A DNA stretch of 64,000 nt from the NCBI GenBank assembly GCA_021324735.1, contig JAJPIO010000008.1, forward strand, positions 22,508 to 86,507, read 5' to 3'. The DNA comes from Bacteroidota bacterium (GTDB lineage: Bacteria > Bacteroidota > Ignavibacteria > Palsa-1295). How positions within the stretch are numbered: position 1 is the stretch's first letter; each line of letters begins with the position of its first letter. This document shows positions 48,440 through 57,779 of this stretch, piece by piece. A program made the position numbers and the translations under genes. The notes under the pieces are model-generated. The model was not told the origin of the DNA. It was given only the letters and a program-made list of their open reading frames with translations, and searched no databases.

Positions 48440-49897
48440 GTGGAACATCTCGTTGTCGCACAGTTTGGTATCGAAGGTATAGAGAGCGTCCTTCGGGCGA
48501 TCCTTTATTTTGTAATCACGATCTTCGTCCTCGTAACGGTCCACGAGTTCGGTCATTTTATCGCAGGACGTATTTTCGGTATGCGCGTGCCGGTCTTTTC
48601 GGTCGGCATGGGGCGGCGTATCTTCGGCTTCAATAAGATCGACGGGTTTACGATGGGCCCGCTCAATCCGGAGACCGAACTTCATCTCGAGAACCATACG
48701 GATTACCGACTTTCGCTCCTGCCCATTGGTGGTTATGCGAAGATCGAAGGCATGATCGACGAGACGCAAACGGAGGCGTTACCAAGCGAGATACAACCGT
48801 GGGAATTTCGTGCAAAACCCTGGTGGCAAAAGTCGATCGTTATTTCGGCCGGTGTTATTCTAAATCTAATTCTTGCGTGGGTCATCTTCACGGGCCGCGA
48901 TCTTGCTACCGGCCTGGACGTACCGAAGACAACAACCGTAGGTTACGTGCGGACCGGATCGATCTCCGAAAAAGCAGGCATTCGACCTGGCGATAAGATC
49001 CTCGCGGTTGCTGGTAAACCGATCTCGAATTGGATGCCGGTCGATCGTGCCCCGATCGATAACTATGGTCGCGATTTTTCGATCACCTTCGAGCATGAGG
49101 GCCATCAGTATTCGGCTCTCTATCGCGCGGACGATATGGGGAGTATCAAGGATATTTCAAAACCGTACGGTCTCGATCCCGTTGGTTTTACGCCACCGGT
49201 CTTAGATAGTGTAGTGCCTCACGAGCCGGCGTCCCGTGCCGGTCTTCTGAAGGGTGATAGCATTCTAAGTGTTAACGGCATACCGATCCCCAATGTCAGC
49301 GCGTTTATCGATCAGGTTAGCTCACATCCATCGAAACCGATCACGATCGAACTGATCCGCACTGCGGGATCGTCACACACTCCGAATGCTTCCGGTGCTC
49401 CTATTTCGATCACAGTCACTCCTGACCCGCAGGGCAAGATCGGTGTTATTCCCGCGTCAGATTTCGTTGGGCCGAAAGCACACATCAATTATGGCTTGCT
49501 CGGATCGATTTCCGATGGATGGTATAATCTTAAACTCACCACCCGTTTGACGGTTGAGACTATTCGACAGATATTCCAGGGCCGTTTGAAGGTTCAGGAG
49601 GCGCTGGGTGGCCCGATTAAGATCGCTGCGGCCGCTTCTGCAAGCGCTTCAGGAGGTTTGGATTCGTTTATTCAGTTCATGGCAATGCTTTCGATCTCGC
49701 TGGCATTGCTCAATATTTTGCCGCTTCCTGCGTTAGATGGTGGTCACCTCGTCATCATTCTCATCGAAGCCGTCGTAGGGCACGAACTCTCGCAGCGGTT
49801 CAAGCTGAACTTCCAGAAGATCGGGGTTGCCATCCTGCTCTTCCTGATGGTCTTTATGGTCTTTAACGACATCAGCGGCCTTGTAAAAGGCCTCTAA
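48440..49897 (+). CDS. rseP: RIP metalloprotease RseP
   Basis: HEFGH, PIGGY, two PDZ domains, NILPLPALDGGH. Confidence 0.95.
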   Translation: MEHLVVAQFGIEGIESVLRAILYFVITIFVLVTVHEFGHFIAGRIFGMRVPVFSVGMGRRIFGFNKIDGFTMGPLNPETELHLENHTDYRLSLLPIGGYAKIEGMIDETQTEALPSEIQPWEFRAKPWWQKSIVISAGVILNLILAWVIFTGRDLATGLDVPKTTTVGYVRTGSISEKAGIRPGDKILAVAGKPISNWMPVDRAPIDNYGRDFSITFEHEGHQYSALYRADDMGSIKDISKPYGLDPVGFTPPVLDSVVPHEPASRAGLLKGDSILSVNGIPIPNVSAFIDQVSSHPSKPITIELIRTAGSSHTPNASGAPISITVTPDPQGKIGVIPASDFVGPKAHINYGLLGSISDGWYNLKLTTRLTVETIRQIFQGRLKVQEALGGPIKIAAAASASASGGLDSFIQFMAMLSISLALLNILPLPALDGGHLVIILIEAVVGHELSQRFKLNFQKIGVAILLFLMVFMVFNDISGLVKGL

Positions 49898-49916
49898 GTT
49901 AGACGCGTAAGCAGTT

Positions 49917-50654
49917 CTATGGGTTTTCCTGAGAAGAGGCTTCTTCCAACTCTTTCGCTTGCTTTCGCTTCTTGCGAAGGTACAGGAGGTATATCACCAC
50001 CACGACCGCGCAAATACTGATCGTGATGCCTGCCCGCTTTACCCACGTTTCGAGTAATGGAAGATTCGATCCGAAGGCGTACCCTAACGAACCGTAGATC
50101 GACGCCCAGACGATACCGCCGAGCACATTATAAAGCAAGAACTGGAGGTAGTTCAAGTGGTGTGCGCCGACCAGCACCGCGATCCACGTTCGTGCGATGG
50201 ATACAAAACGACCAAAGAAAACAGCCTTGCCACCGTGGCGTTTTAGATAGTCCTGCGCGCGCTGGTACCGGTCATCCGTTAGGCCAACGAACTTGCCGTA
50301 CCGGCGAATAAGCCTTCTGCCTCCTTCCCGCCCGATCCAATACCCAAGACTATCGCCCGTAATGGCGCCGCCAGCGGCCGAACCGATGACACCGAAAATA
50401 TTAAGTGCACCGGAGGAAGCTGCGTAAGCCGAAGCAATGAGCAGCATCGTCTCGCCTGGGAATGGCACGCCCATGCTTTCTATCATGATCGCCAGAAAGA
50501 CGATCACGTAGCCATAGTCCATGAGCGCCTGCTCGAGAAAATTTATAATGGACGAGCTTATGCTGGCGATCGGATGAAAGGCTGCGAGTATCGCACTCGA
50601 AAAGAGTGGATCGTAAAAATGCCCCGTCAAGAAAATGATGGGAGAATGGGTCAT
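49917..50654 (-). CDS. DedA family membrane protein
   Basis: ESMGVPFPGETML, GDSLGYWIGR.GG, VFFGRF..R. Confidence 0.92.
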   Translation of the reverse strand: MTHSPIIFLTGHFYDPLFSSAILAAFHPIASISSSIINFLEQALMDYGYVIVFLAIMIESMGVPFPGETMLLIASAYAASSGALNIFGVIGSAAGGAITGDSLGYWIGREGGRRLIRRYGKFVGLTDDRYQRAQDYLKRHGGKAVFFGRFVSIARTWIAVLVGAHHLNYLQFLLYNVLGGIVWASIYGSLGYAFGSNLPLLETWVKRAGITISICAVVVVIYLLYLRKKRKQAKELEEASSQENP

Positions 50655-50787
50655 TCGGGGGTCTAAAAGAGAAGCTGCGCAGCGAAGCATAGCCGCGGTT
50701 TCTTCATCATATATAGTCTAACGGTTGAGAAGAGGACTGGGGTTTCGATACGCTAAACATAATTCACATCACCACTCCGACTGCCCA

Positions 50788-50819
50788 ATAAAAAACCGGG
50801 GCCGAAGTGGCCCCGGTTT
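50788..50819 (-). terminator. Intrinsic terminator after the Omp28-like gene
   Basis: aaaccggggcc-N5-ggccccggttt with a U-run on the minus strand. Confidence 0.8.
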
Positions 50820-50859
50820 CGTTTGCCGTTCAGCGTCGCTGCTTTTGGCTAATAATTCC

Positions 50860-53454
50860 TTACTGGTTCACAACGCGTACTTCGTGCGACCCCTTCGAGG
50901 AATGCGCGATGATGACGTAGGTACCTTCCGCAAGCTTGCTCGCATCGAACGAAGCGGTGTAGGTATTGCCACCGGCATTCTGTGTCGAAAGCTGAGCGAT
51001 CTCACGGCCGAGCAGGTCATACGCTGCGAACGTGACGTTCGTCTCCCCGTTCGCTGCCACATACTGGACCGTCGTCATTCCATGGAATGGATTCGGGGAA
51101 GCCGTGATGCCAAGGACCGGCGCATTGCCACCATCAGAAACGCCTGAAGACGAAGCGGTCGCCTGTACTGGCACCTTGATGTTGCCTTCGGTGGAGCTTC
51201 CGATCTCGATCGAAGCAGTTTGCTGACCGGGTGTCGTTGCGTTGAAGGTGACGTTCACCGTCATTGTCCCGCCTGCGGCGAGTGTCGTTGGCAGCGCAAA
51301 GCCACCCAGTGTAAAGTTTGCCGTCGGCGGATTAACCGTGATAGCATTTACAGCGAGGCTCGCTGAACTCGTATTGGTAATGGTGATCGGTAACATCTTG
51401 CTGCCGCCGAGTTTGACCGTACCAAAATCGAGCGAGGTCGGATTTGCTGCAATGCTGACTGGTCCACTTGCCGAAAGAAGCCAGTTGATCGCACGACCCG
51501 CGATCGTATCGGCCTTCGACTGTACGGTGATACCCGAAAGATCGAATCCGAGAAATACTAAACGGCCATGCGTCGTCGCATCCTCATACCGTGAGCCGAC
51601 GATATACTTTGTGTTCTTATCCGAATAATAAAGTGCTATCGAATTCGAATCGATCACATAAATGCCCGTATGGATAGGATAGCCACCAGCATTCGTTACT
51701 GAGATACCCGTCGATACAGGATCCGATGTGCCGTCGATATTATACGACTTCGGGAATGCCTGATTACCACTGATCGTATAACGGTTTGTCGAACGGGTCC
51801 AATCAATACCAAGGCGTGCAAAGAGGTTTAACACATCTTGTGTGCCGGTGCCGTTAGCCGTACCATTTGGATCGAATGCATAATACAAAGCGAAGTCCGA
51901 GTTGATGAACACCTTCTTGCCATTGTCCAAAGCATTCTGAATGTTCTGCACGACAGTGGGATTACTGTATACGCCGCCATTATCGAGGATCGGAATATTG
52001 TCGTAGATATCGACTGCCAGATTCTCCGGTGGGAAATTCCCGACGAGATCGCTTGTCAGAGGAATAACGGCTGTGTGAACCTTCAGGCTGTCAGGAATTC
52101 CGAGCGCAACTGCAGTTTCAACGCTGCCAGTTTCTGTATACAATCCGCAGACCGTATTATCCGACAAAGCATTGATCGTGACTGTCGAACCGGGGATATA
52201 AAATCCGTCCTTTGCTGGGTTGATCGTAACTGGAATTGCAACGAACGCAGACTGCTGTGGGGCAGTGACCGTCATCGTTACATTGGCACTTGAACCGGCG
52301 GCAAGAGCCGTGAGCTTTGCCGGCGTGAACTTTACAGACCAGCCAGCCGGAAGCGAAGCAGATGCGTCGACGGAAAGATTGACATCAACGGCGCTGCTGC
52401 CATTGTTCTGAATGTTCAACGTCGTGCTGGAGTCGCCATTGGCATGCGCGCTAATGTAGTTGCCGCTGCTTGGAACGACATCTACTTGGTTAGCGATCAC
52501 GGGGATGGTTGTGCTCGACAGTTTTACTTCCTGCTCGTCGTATACCGTGTTCTTCGTTTTATCGGTCGCGCTAAATTGATGCACGATACCGACCAGGTGA
52601 ACGTGATTCGGATTTACTACAACGGTCGGCAGCGGGAAGGTGAACGTGTAAGAATATGTAGCGCCCGCTGTAACGCTTGCAGGAATTACACCTTTCTGTC
52701 CATAAATACCACCAACTGCCTCGCGAAATACATCCATGTACTGCCAATTCGAGATCGAACCGGGCGAATTATAAAATGGATTGTTCGGAAGGTTTGCGCC
52801 AACGCTGGAGTTCGTGCTCGAATAATAATTATGCTGGTCCCACGTGGTGCCTGCTGGTCCACTGACGCTATCCTCTGTTACCATGAGATTGAGACGGAAA
52901 TCGCCGGTCATGGCATTGACGAATGTGGCCGTCACCCGAGCGGTAACCATGTGTGTGTTCATGTCAAACGACACGTTATCAACTTTGCAGGTTACAGTAG
53001 CTGTCTGAGCATTGATCGCATCGACAATACCGTCTGGATATTGTGACGGATTGAGACCGAATAAGGTCGTTACGCCAGTACCCCACTGTGAAGGATCGAT
53101 ATTCCAACTTGTTGCCGGCGAAATAACGGAGCGGGTTGCCCAGCTATCCGGGAAGCCAGGGACTGCCTGACCGGCGGGATATCCCACCGCCTGCGTCAGA
53201 GAATCGCCCTGCGCATTGGACATTGGATCACCGTTGTGAATTGACACGATACCAACCTGACCATTTGGGTATTTCTGCTTGAGCGTCTCAATGCAATACG
53301 AACCGCGCACACAGAAGCCGCACCAGGAGCCTGTGAACTCCTCGAGGTAGGCGTGTCGGTTCTGGGCGCGAAGGCTGCCCGGAGCCGGTAAAAGAGCGAA
53401 TATCGCTGTAACCAACAGCGTTACCGCTACTATAGAACTGTAACGTTTTAACAT
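50860..53454 (-). CDS. Omp28-related secreted protein with CxxC thioredoxin-like, Ig-like (ASH-like) and T9SS C-terminal domains
   Basis: LEEFTGSWCGFC, IH.GDPM, LMVTED, Q.NYY, PTSLDFG.V, ASPNPF...YDLLGRE...GTY. Confidence 0.85.
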   Translation of the reverse strand: MLKRYSSIVAVTLLVTAIFALLPAPGSLRAQNRHAYLEEFTGSWCGFCVRGSYCIETLKQKYPNGQVGIVSIHNGDPMSNAQGDSLTQAVGYPAGQAVPGFPDSWATRSVISPATSWNIDPSQWGTGVTTLFGLNPSQYPDGIVDAINAQTATVTCKVDNVSFDMNTHMVTARVTATFVNAMTGDFRLNLMVTEDSVSGPAGTTWDQHNYYSSTNSSVGANLPNNPFYNSPGSISNWQYMDVFREAVGGIYGQKGVIPASVTAGATYSYTFTFPLPTVVVNPNHVHLVGIVHQFSATDKTKNTVYDEQEVKLSSTTIPVIANQVDVVPSSGNYISAHANGDSSTTLNIQNNGSSAVDVNLSVDASASLPAGWSVKFTPAKLTALAAGSSANVTMTVTAPQQSAFVAIPVTINPAKDGFYIPGSTVTINALSDNTVCGLYTETGSVETAVALGIPDSLKVHTAVIPLTSDLVGNFPPENLAVDIYDNIPILDNGGVYSNPTVVQNIQNALDNGKKVFINSDFALYYAFDPNGTANGTGTQDVLNLFARLGIDWTRSTNRYTISGNQAFPKSYNIDGTSDPVSTGISVTNAGGYPIHTGIYVIDSNSIALYYSDKNTKYIVGSRYEDATTHGRLVFLGFDLSGITVQSKADTIAGRAINWLLSASGPVSIAANPTSLDFGTVKLGGSKMLPITITNTSSASLAVNAITVNPPTANFTLGGFALPTTLAAGGTMTVNVTFNATTPGQQTASIEIGSSTEGNIKVPVQATASSSGVSDGGNAPVLGITASPNPFHGMTTVQYVAANGETNVTFAAYDLLGREIAQLSTQNAGGNTYTASFDASKLAEGTYVIIAHSSKGSHEVRVVNQ

Positions 53455-53637
53455 GACTGCTATCCGAAATTAGTTGTGAACTATAAGGAATAAACTTCGA
53501 ACTCGAATCAAGGAATGACGGGATCGCCCCGGAGGGCGTCGCAACGTGCATTCCTTAAGCTCGTAAATATACGTAATGTCAGGGGCGGCTTACATGAAAT
53601 TCGCCTGGGAGCCTTAACGAAGGGGACACCAAAATCC

Positions 53638-53940
53638 CTACTGAGGCCGGGCCGAGAAGTAACCGCCGATGACTTCCTTTACATTACGATAACCTAATGC
53701 CCTCAGCAATCGTGCGGCATGATGAGACCGTACGCCGAGGTCATCATAGAGGACGACCGGGTAATGTTTGTTGGGATATTTGGCAACAATTTCTTTTGCC
53801 AATTTTGGTAAGGGAATAAGTTCAGCGCCCTTTAGGTGTCCACGAGCAAACTCTTCCGGCTCGCGGATATCTATCACTTTTGGCGGTTTTGGTCCAGCAA
53901 GCGCCTTATCTAATTCCTCTATAGTGACCTGGGCAAGCAT
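53638..53940 (-). CDS. Single-domain rhodanese-like protein (no catalytic Cys)
   Basis: IDIREPEEF..GH..GA..IP, VLYDDLGVRS, LGY.NV...GG. Confidence 0.88.
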   Translation of the reverse strand: MLAQVTIEELDKALAGPKPPKVIDIREPEEFARGHLKGAELIPLPKLAKEIVAKYPNKHYPVVLYDDLGVRSHHAARLLRALGYRNVKEVIGGYFSARPQ

Positions 53941-53985
53941 TCCGTACTCTGCCTCAAAGTCCGCGCCAGACCAGGACCAAGATTT

Positions 53986-54149
53986 GACCAGGATTTTCTG
54001 GATTAGAAGGATTTATAGGATTGATTAAAAAGGATTGGTTGATTTTATCGTGAGATCCAAAAATTGGAAAGGTTATTCGAATTCCTATCGCAAAGTAAAT
54101 CTTTTAAAAATCAATCTTGTAAATCCTTCTAATCCAGAAAATCCTGGTC
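53986..54149. repeat. GGATT-periodic intergenic element, copy 3: 41-bp inverted arms (REPIN/MITE-like)
   Basis: Arms at 53986-54026 and 54109-54149 are complementary at 39 of 41 positions. Confidence 0.85.
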
Positions 54150-54150
54150 C

Positions 54151-55206
54151 TTATTCGAAGTCGTGCTCAAAATATGGTATCACCCGATCTCCTCGTGATA
54201 CTTTCTCCCCGCCTTTTTTCAAAAGTACTTGTTCGAGCTTTGTCGCAAATTCTCTGCTCGCATCGTATCCGTAATGCTTTAGCAGATAATTAAGAGCAAT
54301 GACCTCTGCAATGACCGTGATGTTCTTGCCGGTTACGATGGGCAAACGAACGTGAGGAATATCGACGCCTAATATTTGTGCTGTCGATTCATCGAGGCCG
54401 GTGCGTGTGTATTCGCCGTCGGCATGCCATTCTTCGAGCTCCACGATCACTTCAACGCGCTTCTGGAATCGGATCGCGCGAATGCCGAACATCTCGCGAA
54501 CATTGATAAGGCCGAGCCCGCGAATTTCCATAAAGTGACGAACGAGGTCGGTACCGGCACCCATAAGAATGCTCTCACCTTTTTGCGTTACCATAACAAC
54601 ATCATCCGCAACCAGTCGGTGGCCGCGCTCGATAAGATCGAGTGCCACTTCTGATTTGCCAATACCACTACGGCCAACGAATAGCACACCGACGCCGTAC
54701 ACATCGACGAACGCGCCATGAATGACCGTCTGCGGATTGAACTGATCCTCTAAAAAATCGCTGAGAAAGTAAACGGCCTTTGTCGTTTCAAACTTTGTTT
54801 CGAAGACCGGTATTTTTCGTTCGTCACAGATCGCAAGTAATTCCGGGTCGAGTCCGTTACTACTCGTAACTACGATGCACGGAATCGAAAACGAAGCAAG
54901 AGTGGAGAATGCTTTGATCTTCTCTTCTAACGTAAGCGATCGCAAATAAAAGATCTCGGTATTGCCGAAGATCTGGATCCGATGATAGGTAAACAAGCCA
55001 ACATATCCGGCCAGAGCGAGGCCCGGACGGTGCAGGCTTTTATCGGTGATCAGGTTTGCGAGTCCTTCGCCACCGGCAAGCAGGGTCAGCCGAAATCGCT
55101 CTCGCGTCGCATCATAAAAATGCTGCACGGTGATCGATTCGCGTTGGATCGGCTGCGTGTTACGCCAGCCCGACGGACGGTCATACTGTTTAGTCTCTTT
55201 GCCCAT
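54151..55206 (-). CDS. hprK: HPr(Ser) kinase/phosphorylase
   Basis: RPGLALAGY, HG.FVDVYGVGVL..GRSGIGKSE.ALDLIERGHRLVADD, MEIRGLGLIN. Confidence 0.96.
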   Translation of the reverse strand: MGKETKQYDRPSGWRNTQPIQRESITVQHFYDATRERFRLTLLAGGEGLANLITDKSLHRPGLALAGYVGLFTYHRIQIFGNTEIFYLRSLTLEEKIKAFSTLASFSIPCIVVTSSNGLDPELLAICDERKIPVFETKFETTKAVYFLSDFLEDQFNPQTVIHGAFVDVYGVGVLFVGRSGIGKSEVALDLIERGHRLVADDVVMVTQKGESILMGAGTDLVRHFMEIRGLGLINVREMFGIRAIRFQKRVEVIVELEEWHADGEYTRTGLDESTAQILGVDIPHVRLPIVTGKNITVIAEVIALNYLLKHYGYDASREFATKLEQVLLKKGGEKVSRGDRVIPYFEHDFE

Positions 55207-55356
55207 AAGAGCGGGGTTTATGAGAATGGATTGACAACACGCTCGTTAACGGACAAATCCCGAAAGGGATTGCAATGAAGAGCAGCACACCGCACTTCCA
55301 ACTTCTAACTATTATTTAATGTCATTTCTGGAATAGAAAAGCGTCGCAGGCAAGTT

Positions 55357-57603
55357 GTGATACACCGAATTCTTAGCAACTTGCGATTGAAGCATCTCGC
55401 CGCCTTTACTATAACATTTCTGTTTATTTCGCTTCGTGTTTATGCACAGCAAGCTGTTATCGCAGGTTTTGTGACAGACAGCGTCACCAACGACGAAGTT
55501 GTTGGCGCGCGTGTCAGGCTCATTTCCCAGAGTGATACAACGAAGCGACTGGGGGCGATAAGCGACCGAGATGGTCGGTTTTCCTTTCAACGCGTTTCCG
55601 AAGGAACCTACGATCTTTTGGTAACCAGTGCTGGGTATCAACGCTACTCTCGTGTGCTAAGCGTTGGTAAGCATTCGACGGACTCTCTTCCACTAACAAT
55701 CGTCCTGCTACCTATTAAGACGGTTGTAAGGGATGTGGTGGTTTCAGCCACACGTACCGAGCGTTCGATCGAGGATGTCCCGGTCCGTATTGAAACGGTA
55801 GCTCAGGAAGAGATTGAAGAGAAGATGATGGAGCGATCGGCGAACGTTGTCGAGCTCCTGAATGAAACCGTTGGAACGCGCGTGCAAAATACGTCGGCGG
55901 CCAGTAATTCGACGAATATACGTTTGCAAGGGCTGGATGGCCGGTACACGCAGGTGTTGGTCGATGGATTTCCGAATTACTCGGGTCTTTCTTCGACGTT
56001 CGGCCTTACACAACTTCTTCCATTAAATCTCCAGCGAGCAGAGATCATCAAAGGGGCCAGTTCGGCACTATATGGTCCCGATGCGATCGCTGGCATCGTC
56101 AATTTCATCACGAAGAATCCCCAAGAGAAACCAGAATTTTCCGCAGTCCTCAATGGGACGAATCAGCACGGCTATGATGGCTCGGCATATTATGGTGAGT
56201 TATTTGATGAGTTTGGGGTGACGCTTCTCACCGGTTTCCAAAAACAACAACTCTTCGATTCGGACAACGATAATTTCTCCGAAATTCCAGCGAACACACA
56301 TTTCACGATCACGCCAAAATTCACGTACGAGATTGTCGATGGCCTTAACGGGATGACCACCGCGACTTACGTGACCGAAGACCGCCGAGGTGGAGTGATG
56401 AACGCTCCCGATTCCGCGATCGGCAAAGCGGCTCCATACATCGAAACGAATAACACCAATCGTTTCGACATTGCAACGTCATTGACCTGGAAGCAAAGCG
56501 AAAATAATACCGGGACACTACGCGCAGCCGCGACACGCCTCACACGGGATAGCTATTTTGGTGCAGTACCATTTAAAGGCACACAAAATATTCGCTTTGC
56601 CGATGCTCAGTATGTTGATAAGGTAGGCCCGCATACGCTTCAAATAGGCGCGTCGTTACAAGAAGATGCATTCGATGACCGCACTCCGAACAGGGCTCTG
56701 TCGCGGAGTTATGACTATGTGGATGTTGGCACATGGATAGAAGATGAAGCGGCGTTTGGATCCGAGTGGAGTACGGTGGCCAGCACGCGAATCGATCATC
56801 ATAATGCATTAGGCACGTTCGTTACGCCACGAGCTTCGATCCTGTTCAAGCCCGAACCGATCCTGTCCCTGCGGCTCGGTGGTGGAATGGGTTTTAAAGC
56901 TCCCACGATCTTCGTGGAAGATGCCGAAGCAATCGGCTTCAGAAACACGACGCTGTTTCCAGGAATTGTCGCAGAGCGAGCACAGAGTGCTACGTTTGAT
57001 GTTAATTGCCATTCGCCGCTTTTTGGAACGATCGCAGCTAAGTTCGATGCCGCTCTTTTTGTGACCGAACTCGATCATGCTTTGCTGGCAAATTCGGATT
57101 CCCTTGCTGCAGGTGCAATTCATATTCAAAATGCTTCAGGACCTACTACCTCTCGTGGATTCGAATTTACATCCGATCTCAGCCTTGATGAACTTCGATT
57201 TACTGCTTCCTACGCATATACTGACGTACAACAAACAAATAATAATAAGACCTACGAGCTTCCATTAAACCCCCGAAATTGGTTAGGCCTTACGCTCAGC
57301 TACGAAGATGAAGAAGAGGGCTTCCGCACCGGTGTAGAAGCGTACTATATCGGTGAGCAGCACGTTGAAGACGACCCTTTCCGGACGGTTACTCCCTCGT
57401 ACTGGCTTATGGGAGCCTTGATCGAAAAGGCGTTTGGTCCTTTTCACCTGTATCTCAATGCCGAGAATCTCTTAAATATCCGCCAAAGCACCTATGAACC
57501 TCTCTTTCTTGGCAATCCGATGCTTGGCGATTACCGTGCTTTGCCATTATGGGCTCCGGTGGAAGGGCGTACTATTAATGGCGGTTTAAGAGTTGTCCTT
57601 TAA
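55357..57603 (+). CDS. TonB-dependent receptor
   Basis: N-terminal CarboxypepD_reg-like domain, VVVSATR, IRLQGLDGRYTQVLVDG, EIIKG.SSALYG.DAIAG.VN, NAENL, WAP.EGR. Confidence 0.92.
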   Translation: MIHRILSNLRLKHLAAFTITFLFISLRVYAQQAVIAGFVTDSVTNDEVVGARVRLISQSDTTKRLGAISDRDGRFSFQRVSEGTYDLLVTSAGYQRYSRVLSVGKHSTDSLPLTIVLLPIKTVVRDVVVSATRTERSIEDVPVRIETVAQEEIEEKMMERSANVVELLNETVGTRVQNTSAASNSTNIRLQGLDGRYTQVLVDGFPNYSGLSSTFGLTQLLPLNLQRAEIIKGASSALYGPDAIAGIVNFITKNPQEKPEFSAVLNGTNQHGYDGSAYYGELFDEFGVTLLTGFQKQQLFDSDNDNFSEIPANTHFTITPKFTYEIVDGLNGMTTATYVTEDRRGGVMNAPDSAIGKAAPYIETNNTNRFDIATSLTWKQSENNTGTLRAAATRLTRDSYFGAVPFKGTQNIRFADAQYVDKVGPHTLQIGASLQEDAFDDRTPNRALSRSYDYVDVGTWIEDEAAFGSEWSTVASTRIDHHNALGTFVTPRASILFKPEPILSLRLGGGMGFKAPTIFVEDAEAIGFRNTTLFPGIVAERAQSATFDVNCHSPLFGTIAAKFDAALFVTELDHALLANSDSLAAGAIHIQNASGPTTSRGFEFTSDLSLDELRFTASYAYTDVQQTNNNKTYELPLNPRNWLGLTLSYEDEEEGFRTGVEAYYIGEQHVEDDPFRTVTPSYWLMGALIEKAFGPFHLYLNAENLLNIRQSTYEPLFLGNPMLGDYRALPLWAPVEGRTINGGLRVVL

Positions 57604-57676
57604 AGCGTACTTCAAAGCATCTCAGAAAAATTCGATTCCATAATCTCTCAGTAACAACAGGATAAAATAGGTCGGG

Positions 57677-57684
57677 TAAGTTTG
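57677..57684 (+). promoter_or_regulatory. Bacteroidetes-type -7 box (TAAGTTTG)
   Basis: Matches TAnnTTTG about 100 bp upstream of the ATG at 57780. Confidence 0.45.
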
Positions 57685-57779
57685 CACGTTAGTCGCGAAG
57701 CGCACCGCCCGTAATTGTGTGCGACGGTGTCTATACGTCACTGCGCGTCCTTTTTCGATCTATCTTTATCTTTCTGTCT

